Origin: Phaeosaccion multiseriatum
Taxonomy: Eukaryota; Protista; Ochrophyta, other classes
DNA: 64,000 bases
Direction: 5' to 3'
Assembly (NCBI GenBank): GCA_965112735.1
Contig: OZ218952.1
Span: 4,774,001-4,838,000, forward strand
A program made the translations under genes and the position numbers. Below, one piece after another: positions 38,836 to 62,014 of this stretch. The notes beneath the pieces are model-generated. The model had not been told where the DNA came from. It saw nothing but the letters and a program-made list of their open reading frames with translations, and did no database searches. The first letter of the stretch is position 1, and the number at the start of each line of letters is the position of its first letter.

Positions 38836-39973
38836 TCCAAGAGGGGGGCATTCATTGACTTACAGGAATTATGTGTGAGGGGGGAGGAGGGCTCAAGGGT
38901 TCACACTTCCAAGTACCACTGTACATCAAGTCCAAGTACCACTGTACATCAAGTCCAAGTCGGGAGGGCCCAATGCCTACACTTGAGGCAACACTGAGGC
39001 AGTCAAGCGGGGGGAGGATACGGAAGTGAAGCGGAGGTCATCGGCGAGGGGGCAGGGAAGGCGGGGGGTGGAGGGTGTGGGTGGACCACTCCTGAGCGAG
39101 CGGGGTCGGCTGGCGGGGCCGCTGCCCCTCTTTGCACGACTAACACAACACGAGGAGGCATTTCTTTGGTTCGTACGTAACGGTACATAACGGTGTGGTA
39201 CAGTGGGCAGCTGTTGGTCAGCTGACGTATGCAACATGGCCCACACGCGATGTGTATGCATTGACCAGGAAGGACCAGGAAGCTCAGCACAGATGAGAGA
39301 GACACCAGAGACCTCAGGACAGATACTTGTAAAACTTCCTAACAAAAGTCGGAAAAAGCCAACGCCAACAAGGCCAACAGGGACATGTTCGCGTGTGGGC
39401 GGGTTCAAGACCGCAGCATAGTAGTTCCCAAAAACTAAAAAACAAATGACACCGAAGTGAGAGCCTTAATGCGCAGACCCGCCTGAGGGGGGGGGGGGGG
39501 GCGTAAAGCACCGTAAAGTACCATCTGTCTGGGAGGGCGCCGCATGGGCCCCTCGTGGAACAGCCCAGCGAGGCCCAACCCTAAGGCCTAACCCTAAGGC
39601 CCGCGCTGCTCTGCTCTGCCGCTGTCTCTGATTCACTCCACCACCATCACCATCACATTAACGGGGGCGGAGGGTCGCATTAACGGGGGCGGACCCCTCC
39701 GCCCCGCCCCTCCCCACCATGACCACACACTATCAAAAGCCTTCGCTGGGCTTGTCCGTCATAGTCCCTTTAATTCCTTTTTTTTTAATTTAATTTTTAA
39801 TTAATTTTGATTAAAATAATAATAGACAAAAGCAAAAGAACCGTGCGTCCTTGGTAAGAAAATCAACCGAAAGAACCTTCACGGATGCTCTTGCTGCCAC
39901 ACCACTCTGCAACATATATAGAGCTTACAAAAATTCGCCCCACCAGCGCGGTACCTTAGAGTGCCTTCCTTCC

Positions 39974-42326
39974 TTAGCAAGTGATATCGAACTCCATGAA
40001 GTCCTTGATGGTTCCGTCCTCATTAAACACGCCGAAGTACGCCTCCACAGAGTTTGGGTCTCCCTCGGGGGTCAGGGACGCCCGCGCGAAATTGGAGTCA
40101 AAGGCCGTGAACCAGTAGTACTTGTAGTCCTCCTGCTGCGCCAGGCAGTAGAAGTCCCTCCAGTACTGAGCCATGTTCTCCGGCGAGGCCGTGGAGGAGC
40201 CGGGGTTTGTTCCGCCCGATGCCCAGCCCGTCTCCGAGATGATCACCTCCTTGCCCGCCGCGTCGGCAAGATCGAACACAAGGTCCATGCGCGTCTTGAA
40301 GTACGCAGCCGCGCCGGTCACGTCTGAGGATGAAGATGGCAGTGGGCGGGGGGGGGACAGCAGAGGAGGGGAGGAGAGGCAGAAGGCGGGGTGGTCAGTA
40401 CTTGGCTGTGGCAGGCGTGTGGAGGCAAAGAGCAAGCGCCTCCAGGCGAGGAAAGGCACGCGAAGCGTAGCAACAACCACCCACCCACACCCCGACTCAC
40501 TCACCGTCGTTAATGTTGTTGGGCTCCCAGAAGGGGAAGCTGTTGGCCTGCACCACGTCCACGCCCCCGAACAGGACGGGGTTGCCGAGGTAGATGTCGC
40601 CAATGTCCGCCACCGTGACGGGGACATCCCCATAGCCGCGGTCCACCATGAGATCCTTGACCGCGTCGCGGTAGTCGAGCGTCCTCTCCGCCGTCAGCTC
40701 CCCGCGGTAGATGGCCTCGCTGGAGATGTGGATGCCCTCCATCATGTCGATGTTGTCATCGGTGATGTAGCCCTCGTTCATCATGAAGACGAGCTCACCG
40801 TACTCCGCCCCGAAGGTAGTGTCGTCGATGGTGAACATGCCCATCCACACGCTCAGGCCCTCCTCGCGTGCAATCGTCCACACGTTGCGGCCGGCGAAGC
40901 AGCCCGCGTCGATGAGGCTGTAGATGCGCACTCGGTCGGTCACCTGCTTAAGGATTCGCATCTCCATACGGATTTGGTCGGGCTGCTTGCACCTGTCCAG
41001 CGTGTAGGTGTAGTCCTTGCGCGCAATGTAGTTCATGCCGTAGGCCTTCCAGTTCACGTCCACCATGAGCTCCGGGGGCAAGCTCCCGTCCTCTGGTGGT
41101 ATCTGTGGAGGGAGGGTGGGAGCGGCCGTGGTGGGCACCGGAGTGGGGCCCACTGTAGGAGAAGCAGTGGGGGGCGCCACCGGAGCCGTCGTAGGGGGTG
41201 GCACAGGAGCCGTCGTGGGAGGTGCCACAGGAGCCGTCGTAGGGGGTGCCACAGGAGCCGTTGTGGGAGGTGCCACCGGAGCCGTTGTGGGGGGTGCCAC
41301 AGGAGCCGTCGTGGGAGGTGCCACAGGAGCCGTCGTGGGGGGTGCCACCGGAGCCAACGTGTCGGGCGCCGCCGGAGCCGTCGTGGGAGGTGCCACAGGA
41401 GCCGTCGTGGGAGGTGCCACAGGAGCCGTCGTGGGGGGTGCCACCGGGGCCGCGGTGGGTGGGGTCGGGGTGGGGCCGGAGCCGTCTGGGCAGTCGTTGT
41501 ATGTCGTGCCGCCCGACGTGTAGCCGCAGGCCCTGCAGCCGGCCACTCCTGCAAAGTTGCATCCCAGGCCAGGGCACGTGTCATCCATGAAGCAGGGGGC
41601 GGAGCTGGAGCAGATCGGCGAACAGTAATCGCCAGCCGGGGGGGTGGGTGCCGTCACAGGGGGGGTAGTGGTGGTGGGTGTGGGTGGCGTGACTGTGACT
41701 GGCGGGGTGGTGGTGCTGGGTGTGGGCGTGGAGCCCCCAGTACAAGCGGGGTAAGTGGTGTCGCCCGCAGTGTAGCCGCAGGCCCTGCACTTCTCCACCC
41801 CTCCGAAGTTGCAGCCCAAGCCTGAGGGAGAGAGAAGGAGATGGGGAGGGCGGGACGGTCAGTGGTCACACTCAGTGCATACGATGCCCACATGCGTGAA
41901 TGAGCCCACGGAAGCCCCAACTGCGAGAGTTACCGTGACCCTTGCCCGTTACGCACCGGGGCACGACTCGTCGAGCTCGCAAGGCTGGGCATCCGAGCAC
42001 GTCGCCGCACAGTATCCACCCGCGGGCGTGGGGGCTGCTACAGGGGGAGACGTCGCTGCGACAGGGGGGGATGTCCCTGCTGGAGTTGGCACCGAAGTGG
42101 GTGCACCCTCGCAATCGTGATAGGGAGGGAAGCCGCAGAACTTGCAGTCCTCAATCATCCCCACACCGCACCCCAACCCCGGGCAGTCATCACTTGTAAA
42201 GCAGGGCTCACTCTCCCAGCACACCGGCGAGCAGTACGTGGGAGCTGTCGTCTCAGGCGAGGTGCCAGCGGACGTGGCCGTGAGACAAAGAAGCGCGGCC
42301 AAGGCGCCACATTTCGTAGAGAGCAT
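39974..42326 (-). CDS. Secreted GH17 beta-1,3-glucanase/transglucosylase with three Cys-rich modules and a Pro/Thr linker, 3 exons
   Basis: Signal peptide MLSTKCGALAALLCLTATSA. GH17 motifs RVRIYS, ISSEAIYR (acid/base Glu), ANSFPFWE, IISETGWAS (nucleophile Glu), YYWFTAFD and VEAYFGVF. Confidence 0.9.
41168..41452 (-). repeat. Coding 24-bp tandem repeat (APVAPPTT)n
   Basis: About 12 copies forming the mucin-like linker of the GH17 protein. Confidence 0.9.
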
Positions 42327-43073
42327 TGGTGCCTCGTATTGCTTAGTTTGGTCCTGCACACACAGGGCGAGAGCGGCGGGAGGGTAAGACCGAATAACAA
42401 TAATGAGAGACCCATGGTGCTGGGCTTCCCTGTGTGCCATGGGGCCCCAGTTGAAAGGGTGTTAGCGCATGGCGGGTGATGTTGAAAACGCGAAATTCGT
42501 GGTTAAAGATAGCGCCAATGAGCAGCAGCAGAGCGTGGACCAGACAACACACAGCAGCCACAGAGGACAAACACTTACCTAAGTCGTTGATGTGGTGTGT
42601 AGGAGCTGCGCCGCCTCCTGAACGGATTTGTGAACTTTCAATAGTCGAAATGTCACTGTCACTCGGGTTCTCTCAGTTGGGCCAAAATTCTAAAAATCAA
42701 CAGTCCGACGGTGCATTTCTTGGGCCCCCCCCCCCCCACTGGTCAGACCCTATTTCTTGTTTTTATGCCTTTGTACCGCCAAACCCCCCAACCCCCCAAC
42801 AGCGCACAGGGGGATATAAGACTTGACCGTTCGGCCTTCCGGGTCGGGGTCATGGAGCCCACGGCTCGGGGGGAGTTCGTGAGGAGAAAACGCGTGATAG
42901 GTGCTGTTGTGTGATGTGTGTGTGTGGTGTGTCACTTGAATTCAAAGGGTCACGGCGGATCCGCCAGGCAACAAGCTGCCCAGGCGCCTCTCCCTCTCAC
43001 AAGGGTACAGTTGTATTTGGTATTTGCACCCGAGGCATCTCTGAAGCTTTATTATTTTTTTTTAATAATAAAA

Positions 43074-53143
<10,070 letters not shown>

Positions 53144-54006
53144 GGCTGCCGCCTCGCTGCCCGCTGGAAAGAGCGCACTCAGCTGGTTGGTACTATGCTA
53201 TGCCCCTGTATGTTATTGTTGTTGCTTTTGTTCCTGCTTCTTGGCCCCAGTGCCGTTGCTGAAATGCACCCCTAGCACGTAGCGCCCTCGTCAGGAGACC
53301 GCAGTGGAGACCATGTTTGGTCTTCTTCCTTCAGCGCCCAGGCACAAGCCCTCAGTGTAGTCGGAACTTTCCCATTACGACACTCCCACTGTTCGATGCA
53401 AGTCTATGGCTCCTCGATGGGTCGGAGGAGGCTTTTTTCGCCCGAGTTCTGCCAGGAAAGGACGACGATCGATGTCAAGGGGGACAAGCGGGAGAGTTTA
53501 TCAGCAATGATTAACGAGTTGACTCCGAGAAAGGTAATTGATCTTTGAGCAGCAGCACAGAGACGTTATCAACAGCAGGAAAGAGAGGAGGAGGAGGAAC
53601 AGAAGGAGGAGGAGGATGAGGAAGAGGAGGAGGGAGAGGAGGGAGAGGAGGAGAAGGGGGGAAGAGGAGGGGGCGTTGGAGAAGGAAAAGTCGGCGCAGT
53701 ACACCACCAACATACGCGGTGCAGCCCAACCTTTGGCCTCGAAGAAAGCTGAAAAGCAGCAGGGGCACGAGGTATTGGCACAAAGGGTAAGCAGCTCTCT
53801 TACCTTCAATAGCAGCGCTCTGGGGGAAAAAAAGAGGGGAAAGGACAAAAACCCAGGGGGGTTGCTGACTTACTGTTGACCTGGGAAGCGGCCTCCCTAA
53901 TCACTCACCATCTATCTGTCCACAGGGGCAAGAAGGACTGTTCCACAAAGGCTTCCCCTGTTGCCATCGTGATTGCAATCTGCTCCACCGAAAGTGGGGC
54001 GCGGAG

Positions 54007-55917
54007 ATGGGAGGATGCGTTGCTCCGCCGCCTCATCAGTTGGCTGGTCTGGTGCTGTTCCATCTCCTGCTTGCTTTACTCCTCCACTTCCCAGTCGGTA
54101 CTGATGCAGCGCCAAGAGGAGAGACAGTAGTAGCAGCAGCAGCAGCAGCAGCAGCAGGACCAGGAGGAGGAGCAGCAGCAGCAGGAGGAGGAGGAGGACG
54201 AGAAGGAGGAGGAGGAGGAGGAGGAGCAGGAGGTGGAGGAGGAGGAGGGCGTGAGAGGGGAGGGGGGGGGGCAAGAATAGGAGGACCAAGGCCTGCAAGC
54301 TGCGCAAGCGAGGCACAGTGGCATGAGCATGTACAGTCAGTAGAGGTGAAGCCGCGGCAGCACAGACGACGGAGGCAGCGAGGAGCACCTGCGCCATCTT
54401 GGCTGACCTCCCTGCGGATACCACACCCACACGCGTCCTCGACAGCGAGTGCTGCGGCCGCAGAGGGGGGGCGGGAAGGACAAAGAGGGGAGAGCGGGAG
54501 GAGGCGAAGTGCCACACAGGCTCGTATGAGAAGCAGACTCGCTGCTATGGTTTCGCCCTCCTCTCTCCAACTGGGCGTGACGCGAGAAGCATTAGAAGGT
54601 GAGCTAGCGGCATGCAAGGAGGCTTCCTTCCTATAGGGTGTAAGGGATTGCCCAGGCGCCTTGTGCGACCTCTCTGCTGAATGACGTGCGCGCGAGGCGC
54701 TGACATTGGTGTCTGCACACGCACACACACCTGTGCCCACCCCTTGTGCCCTCTTTTGCCTCTCTCTCCTATTGCCAGGTGCTGAGCGGTGGGTCGCCGA
54801 GGTGGGTGCCCGGCTATCCGGAGGCGGGCGGGGAGGCGGACAGATCAAAGCAGTAGTGTCTAAGAAGGCCCCCGACTCCGACGAAAAGGAGTCGCACCGG
54901 AGCAGGCTGCTGGACGGCTTCAACAACGGGCTGGCAAGTGGGCTTGCCGCCGCCTGTGTCAAAACCATTCTGCAGCCCTTTGACAGCGTCAAGACCCTGC
55001 AGCAGTTCAGCAGCAGCACCGTCAGCACGTTGGAGGCGGGGAGGACCCTTATCGCCAGAGGAGGCCCGCTGGCGCTGTGGAGTGGACTGGGGGTGACCCT
55101 GGTGGGCTCCATGCCGGCCACGGGCATTTACTTTGGCATCTACCAGTACTCCAAGCGCAGACTCGACGGTGTGGAGCGCTGTCCGCGCCTCGCGAGTGTG
55201 GCCATCAGCGCAGGGGTGGGCAACTTTGTGGCTTCGTTCTTCCGCGTACCCTACGAGATTGTCAAGCAGCGGCTGCAGGCCGGGCTGCACGACAACACAT
55301 TTACTGCCATCTCGGCCCTCTACAAGGAAGGAGGGGTGTGGGGCTTCTTCGGGTGAGTCGTGTGTGTCCTGCAGGGGGAGGGGAGGGAAGGAGGGACTCC
55401 TTGCCTGTATGCCTCTGTATGTCTCTGTGTGCTTCTTCTCTTGTCCGACAAGGCCTTCCTCCCCCCCCCCGCCTCCACCCTTTGCTCCGTTGCCAGCGGC
55501 GGAGGGGCCCTTGTGACGCAGTGGGCGCGAGACATCCCCTACGCCATCGTCACGTTGCTCATGTACGAAACGATGCAGCGCTGGGCAAGGCAGAGGAACG
55601 GCGACGGCAAGCCCACGAGCCCTTTGCAGAACATGGTCATCGGCGCCGTGGCGGGCGGCTTCGGCTCTTTCGTCACGAACCCCATGGATGTGCTCAAGAC
55701 GCGCATGATGACGCGCCCCCCGGGAGAGTATAATGGCATCCTCGATGCCGCGTCTCGCACGCTGCAGGAGGAGGGCTGGGACGCCTTCCTCAAAGGAGTG
55801 GTGCCGCGGCTGCTGCACAAGGTGCCGGCCAACGCTACCTTCTTTGTGACTTACGAGCTGCTCAGGAACATGCTCGGAGTGCGTGTTAGCACCGAGGGCA
55901 CCACCTCTAGAAAGTGA
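54007..55917 (+). CDS. Mitochondrial carrier family (SLC25; SAM-carrier-like) protein with an N-terminal signal peptide, 3 exons
   Basis: Three signature motifs PFDSVKT, PYEIVKQRLQ and PMDVLKTRMM, plus RDIPY. Exons at about 54007-54598, 54779-55352 and 55498-55917. Exon 1 assignment is less certain. Confidence 0.85.
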
Positions 55918-56837
55918 CCACCGCACAAGTCGATGGCAGTCGATGGCAGAGTTGGTGGCGCACCCTACAATAGAACCTTTTGGGGTCCCTTTTAGGGGCC
56001 GCTGCCGCTGCAGAAGGAAGGGGAAGGGCTCAAAGCCGCGTGCTCGGCTCGAGGGTATGAGTCTTGCACCTCCTGCACTAGACACTTTCTGCACCACAAT
56101 AGACAACACTAACACTAGATACGTAGTACGTACGTAAGGTCACATAAACTGAACACTGAAACTGAAACTAGACGCTTGCCCATCTGCCCATGGGTTGGCT
56201 CCATCCTCCGGGGGGGTGATTCACACGGCGGCATGGAGCGACTTGTTGCAAGCGTTCTTTCGAGCTGATCTACACAGAATTCATTCCGTATTTCGAGCTC
56301 CCACAGAAGCATTCCGTATAGGCTTTCCGTGGAAGTAAGGGTTCATATCTATCGCTCTCTTGATTGGTGTTGGACGAAGGTCCCTGAACCTGAAGTGAAA
56401 CTAATAAAGTAGACAAGTCTCCTCACTGTGCACAACTTGTGCATGTATCTTGTGGACTCCCTCTGTCCACTTACGTCTAGTTTGTACACAGATGAGGTTT
56501 GAGGTTTGCCTTCCGACTCCGTGCCCCCTCAGAGCCCTCTCAGAACATTCCGTGGGGGTGGTCTTCAAGGGCTCCCACCCCCCCTCCCCCCTCCCGGCCC
56601 TGGTGAGCGGTCGGAAGGGTGTTGTGATATGATCATTATTGGGGTCTGTGGGATACCCAATATTGATAACGTCCACTCTTGGGGATCTTCAACTCTGGGG
56701 CTCTGGGCCCTCCACTACGTTCATGGAGTTCTGTTAAGGACAATTCATTAGTTGACACACACCTCTACTACCTCCTACTACGGTATATCGCGGAAGGGAC
56801 ATCGCAACACGACAATCACAGCTGGTGGTGCTCTATC

Positions 56838-57075
56838 CCATAAATAAGACTTGTCGTTCTTAAATTGAAATGCTTGTGCTTCTTGTTGCCGCACGACACG
56901 ACATGCACCACACGAAGCGCGGCAACAAGAAGCAAAAGCATTCTAAGAACGACAAGTCTTACACGGGCATTTACGTGGGATAGGGCACCACCAGCTGTGA
57001 AAAGACTATGGTGGTCTTCATTCCGGCGTCTCAGCAGTTCATCATCTCCACGGACTACATCATAGAGCAGCACAG
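56838..57075 (+). mobile_element. Degenerate Ty1/copia pol remnant (SH3-like region after integrase)
   Basis: In frame with the 57008 ORF: KSYTGIYVG*GTTSCEKTMVVFIPASQQFIISTDYIIEQH, resembling the copia pattern RA..GIFVGY....K.Y.VY.P....I..SRDV.FDE. TAG at 56981 sits where Tyr is expected. DLSFL lies upstream in another frame. Confidence 0.55.
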
Positions 57076-57433
57076 GCTTTACGATGGCACGCAGTTTGGC
57101 TGCAAAGTGCACACACAGGTGCTGGCGACGGAGGGTGAGGTCGAAGACGATGACGACGACGACTCGCCTCCACCAAAGCGGTTTGTGATTGCGGATGAGC
57201 TCGAGCAGCGCCAGCAGCAGCGGCTGGCAGAGCTCCACTGCATTCACAAGTCACAGAAGGCCATGACCAGGTGCAGGCTGGAGACCCAACAGGCGTAGGC
57301 TGGATGACGCTCCAGTCAGGAAGGGCACAGGAGGGGACAGGGACAGCCCCCGCCAGTCTGTCAGCCAGTCTGTCAGCCAGTCTGTCAGCCAGTCTGTCAG
57401 CCTGCGCCCCCCGCTCCGCACTGGCCGAAGCAC

Positions 57434-60421
57434 TCAGGCCGTGAAGAAGCGATGGAGGGTTGTGAGCCCAGGGGGGCGCTTGCCAGTACCGCTGCCGCCG
57501 CTGCCGCTGCCCTTCCGCCTCCTCTGCTTGGCTTTGGCCGTACCTCCACCGCCGCTTTTGCCGCCCTCGTCTCCGCTGGGAAGCTCCCCCCCCCGCGGTG
57601 TCTGTACCACCAACTGCTGCTGCTGCTCCTCTCGGCGCCGCTGCTGCCGCTGCTGTCGCTCAATGCTGTCAAGCAGTGCCTGTTGCTCTCGAATGAACTT
57701 GCTGCGCCCGTCGTCAACTTGAACAACCTCGCACCCTTCTTCGCTGCTGCCCATACGACTGCTGCTGCTGCTGCCCAGGGTCACCATGGCCAGCGCCTTG
57801 GCGGCTTCGCTTTGCTCAAGGGCGGCACAGTCGAAGCCAACGCTGCTGCCACTGCCACTGCCACTGCAGCTCGACTCGGACACTCTCCTCCTGCAACCGT
57901 CTGGTGCCTTCTTGGGTGTTGAAAGGCTAATTCGCCGCTGCACAGACGCAAGCACGCACCCCTCTTGCCCCCCTTCCCCTGCGCCTTCCCCTGCGTCACT
58001 CCTGCCAGCACCAGCCTCACCCTCCTTCGCTGAACGCCGGCGCCCTTCCTCCCCTTCCTCCCCTTCCTCCCCTTCCTCCCCCCCGCCATCCCACTCCACT
58101 CCGTCCGAAGCCGAGTCCTCACGACCCTCCTGAGCTTCCTCTCCTCCCCCAGCAGCAGCCTCTGCAGCGTCTTGTGCAGCATCATCCTCTACAGCCCCCT
58201 CTGGCATGGCCACTGTGTCGCCCAACACAAAGTCAAGCTCCACGTCCTGCCGCATCCGAAGGCGCTTCCTCCTCTGACTTCCCCCTTCCTTGCTGCTGCC
58301 ACTCTCTCCTCCTCTCCTCCGCCCCCTTTGCTGCTGTGTCTCCTGTACCAGCTGCTGCTCTATCGGCTGAATGCCTCCTCCTTGACCTTTCCCCTCCGCC
58401 CTCGATGCTTCCAATGCCCCAGCGGGCTGTGAGCTTGACTGTCGAGGCTGTCTCCGCCGCCGGAAGAAGTCCTCAGACTGGCGCCGCTGCTCCTTCCGCT
58501 GCTGCTGCTTCTCCTGCGCCTCCCCGCGGATCTCCTCCAGAGTACTCCTCCACTTGCCCTCGCTCTCCACCAACATGTCTTTCCCGCAGAACGACCCAGG
58601 GAGAACAGCAGCAGCACCAGCACCAGCAGTAGCACCGCCACCACCACCACCACCACCACCACCACCACCACCATCATCACCACCACCTGCTGTATAACCA
58701 GCTGCAGAGAGGGTCCGGTTGGGCAACCTTTGGCGAGGAGTTCCCCAGGCGAAGCCATTGTACGGAGTGAGCGATTCTGCGCAGGTGTAAAGGAGAGGAG
58801 GGAGGGTGGGAGGGAGGGAGGGAGAGTGAGGGACGGAGGGAGCCGCGGGGATGACACGTCGGGTGTTTGTTTGCATGCCTCACGGACGGGTCGGGCCGAC
58901 GCGCACACACCCACACACGCCCACACACCGGCCTCACAGAGGACAGAGGGCAATCAGGGGCGTTCTGAGTCCTTAGCGGAGCACACGTCCTCCCGCCATC
59001 TGCGGTGCTGTACACCAAGAGCTGCTCTGTATCACCAACTGCTGTACCTGGGTCTGCATGGCCCGCCGCCACGAGGCCCATGTCGTAGTCCGGGATGCAT
59101 TGGCTGACAAGGACCAGGTTAGAGGCATATGGGGGGAGACCAGGGGAGGGGAGGGGAGGGAGGCAGGGTGAAGAGAGGGAGGAGCGAACAAGACAAAGGT
59201 GCAGCAGAGAGGGAAGGGACGAGAGAGAGAGACGGCAGAGCGCGGAGTGTGGTTATAGACCCGCCTCCTCTCTCCCCTCTCTCGGTGCTCTTATCCTCGA
59301 ACACACAAACAGAGAGCCAAGTAGAGTAAAGTAAAGCAGTGATTAAAAGAAGAGTAAAGGAAAGCAGTGACTCACCCCAAGAAGCTCTCAACGTCGGCGA
59401 AGGCCTCCGCTGAAGGAAAGGCCACACAAGGAGCGGCTCCAACCACCGACAGCGAGCCGCCCCCCGAACCCCCCTGGGGCCCCTCCGTCGCCCCCCCTGG
59501 GGCCCTCTCCGCTCCCCCCTGGGTCCCCTCCGCTGCCCCCCCCCTGAGCTTCTCCGCACCCTCCTGGAGCTTCTCCGCTCCCCCCTGGGCCTGTCCGTTG
59601 CAGAAGTGCACGCATTGCTTCCTGTTTGGGTCGAACACCCAATGCAAATAGAAGAGAGCCTCTGCCTGCAGGGCCCGCTCCAGGTACCCGGGGGGGGCGG
59701 GCTTGCCCTTGTAGAGCAAGAGCCGTAGGGAAGAGGGTTCAGTATTAGCATGACCATTGACATGACCATTAACGTGACCATTAACCTTGACCATGAGTAC
59801 GACCATTACCATGACCATTAGCATGACCTTTAACTGCCATAAACGTACCTTGTGGTGCAAGTGCCTCAGGACCTGGCGAATGCGCACCTCGGGCAAGCAC
59901 CGCCGGCACCTGAGGAAGGCCTGGGGGGGGTGGTGGATGGCAGTCAAAGGGCAGTCGGTCAAGAGCATATCAATTCGCAGGGAGGGCATCGGAGCGCCAT
60001 CGGCGGTAGCCTTTAAAGGGATTGAAGGGAGTAATAGAATCGTTTGGAGTGCAGGAGCAAGAGAAGGAGGAGCAGCGAGAGAGGAAGGAGACCGACTGAT
60101 TGACCGACCGATTGACCGACTCATTCACTGACCTCGAGGCAAGACAAGGGCCCCACCCCTGGCAGGGAGTTGATGTAGTCGCAGCCGCTGAGCACGCACA
60201 GCTGCACGAACAGCCGTCCTCCCCCCCCCGGCGCTGTGCTGCCATCCCCAAAGTGCTCCAGAGCCTTGATGAACTTGCTGCACTTGCTGCTGGCCGCTCG
60301 CTTGCCGTGCTTGGCGAAGAGCGCAGCGCAGTCGAGCGTCAGCCTCTTGCACTTCCCTGTCAGACCATTCGGAATTGATGGATGGATGGATTGATTCATA
60401 GCGTTTGCAGCCAAGAGCAGA

Positions 60422-60452
<31 letters not shown>

Positions 60453-61465
60453 CAAGTGAGGGGAGCCGTGGGGGGGTTGCCTCCTCCCGATTGAATACAA
60501 AATCCCCCCTCCTGCCGTCTAATAAAGCAAGGTCAGAGGTAAGTCAAGTCAATCTCCCTCCTGACACCAAGCACAGGCGCTCTCCCCTCCTACGTGTAGC
60601 CCGGTAGGTAGGCAGACGGCAGGCACGCCGCACCTCCCCCTCTCTATTTCTCTCCCCTCCCTCCTTTCTCCATACTTACCCCCCCCCCCCTCCCTCCCTC
60701 TTCTCTCGCCCCCTCCCCCCTCCCTCCCTCCCTCCTGCCCCTCACCTTCCCGGTCCATCTTGGTGAGCACGGGCACCTTGATCCCTCGGGCCATGAGGTA
60801 CACGAGGATGTCGCTGTCCTCCGTGATGATGCCGTGTGCCCTGCCCAGCGCCACATGGTACGCCACTTGCGGGTCCGCCTCGTAAGGGCTTACAACAAAC
60901 TCCACCTTGCGCTTGCGGAGAGCCTTCATCACCTGAGGGAGGGGAGAGAGACAAACAGGCGGGGAGGGAGGGAGGGAGGTAGGAAGAGTATTTGAGTGAC
61001 GGAGAGGGCCCTGCCCAGGTCCACTGGCAAGCATGCTGCCATCTGCTGCCATCACCAAGCAGTCCTTGGCATGCTGGCCATCCCTTGCCCCGCCCTTGCC
61101 GCTCTCCACTCACCTCCCTGGCCATGCCCTTGGTGACTGTGATGCATCTCTGAAAGGCGACTTCCTTCCTCTTCCGCGCCTCCTCCACCGTCAAGCACGA
61201 GCCCTCCTCGCCACCCCCGTCTCCTCCGCTGCCCTCACCGCTGCCCTCTCCGCTGCCCTCTCCGCTACCCCCCGTCTTAGCCTTCCCTGTCTGCCCCTGC
61301 CCCTGTCCGTCTGACTGCTCCAGCCCCTGACTGCATGACTGCTCCAGGCGGCTGTAGCGCAGGGCCGCCTCCAAATTGGCCTTCTTTGAGTCTCTGCGCG
61401 ATTGGTTTGTCTCTGCCTTCAGGCCCGTCCGCCGACCGTCAAACACAACGATTGGCTGGAGAGAA

Positions 61466-61547
<82 letters not shown>

Positions 61548-62014
61548 AACGGAAAGAGAGGAAGGGGCGGGGTGGTGCGAGCGCGGCTGGGGGTGAGAGA
61601 GAGAATGGTGGCAGAGAGGTGTAAGAGAAGAATGGAAAGAAGAGCCCGAGCTGGAGGGCGGTGCTGGGCCGTTTCCGAGCCACACAGCCCTTGCCTCACG
61701 CTCTCACCTTGACGCCGAAGTGCAGCAGCATGTCAACCCGGTAGGTCACATACGAGACGAAGTCGTCGCAGTCCTGCCCCAGCGCGAGCTTCTCGGCGCA
61801 GCCGTAGGCTCCTCGGTGGATCCAGTGGTAGGCATCTATGATCAGGCTCTGCAATGAGGAGGGGAAAGTGGGGGGGAGAGGCCGTGAGAGGGGAGGGAGG
61901 GATGGAAGGAGGGAGGGAGGGAGGGAAGGCTTCTCTCACCTTTCCTCTGTACTCTTCAATAGAAGCGTCTTCAAAACAGGGCGCCAGGTTCTGGAGCAAC
62001 CCTGTGATGCCCAT
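57434..62014 (-). CDS. EXO1: Exonuclease 1 (XPG/RAD2 family), multi-exon
   Basis: MGITGLLQNL, IDAYHWIHRGAYGCA, PIVVFDG...LK, SPYEADPQVAY, IITEDSDILVY and CVLSGCDYINSLPGVG. Long disordered C-terminus. Confidence 0.95.
61470..61543. repeat. (GA)n microsatellite forming the polypyrimidine tract of an EXO1 intron
   Basis: Perfect GA run next to the acceptor on the minus strand. Confidence 0.95.

Noticed and set aside
40173-41825. 550-aa plus-strand ORF, and similar ORFs at 48065-48895, 54814-56115 and 31849-32862
   Set aside because: Antisense shadows of GC-rich real genes (GH17, formin, carrier, mastigoneme).
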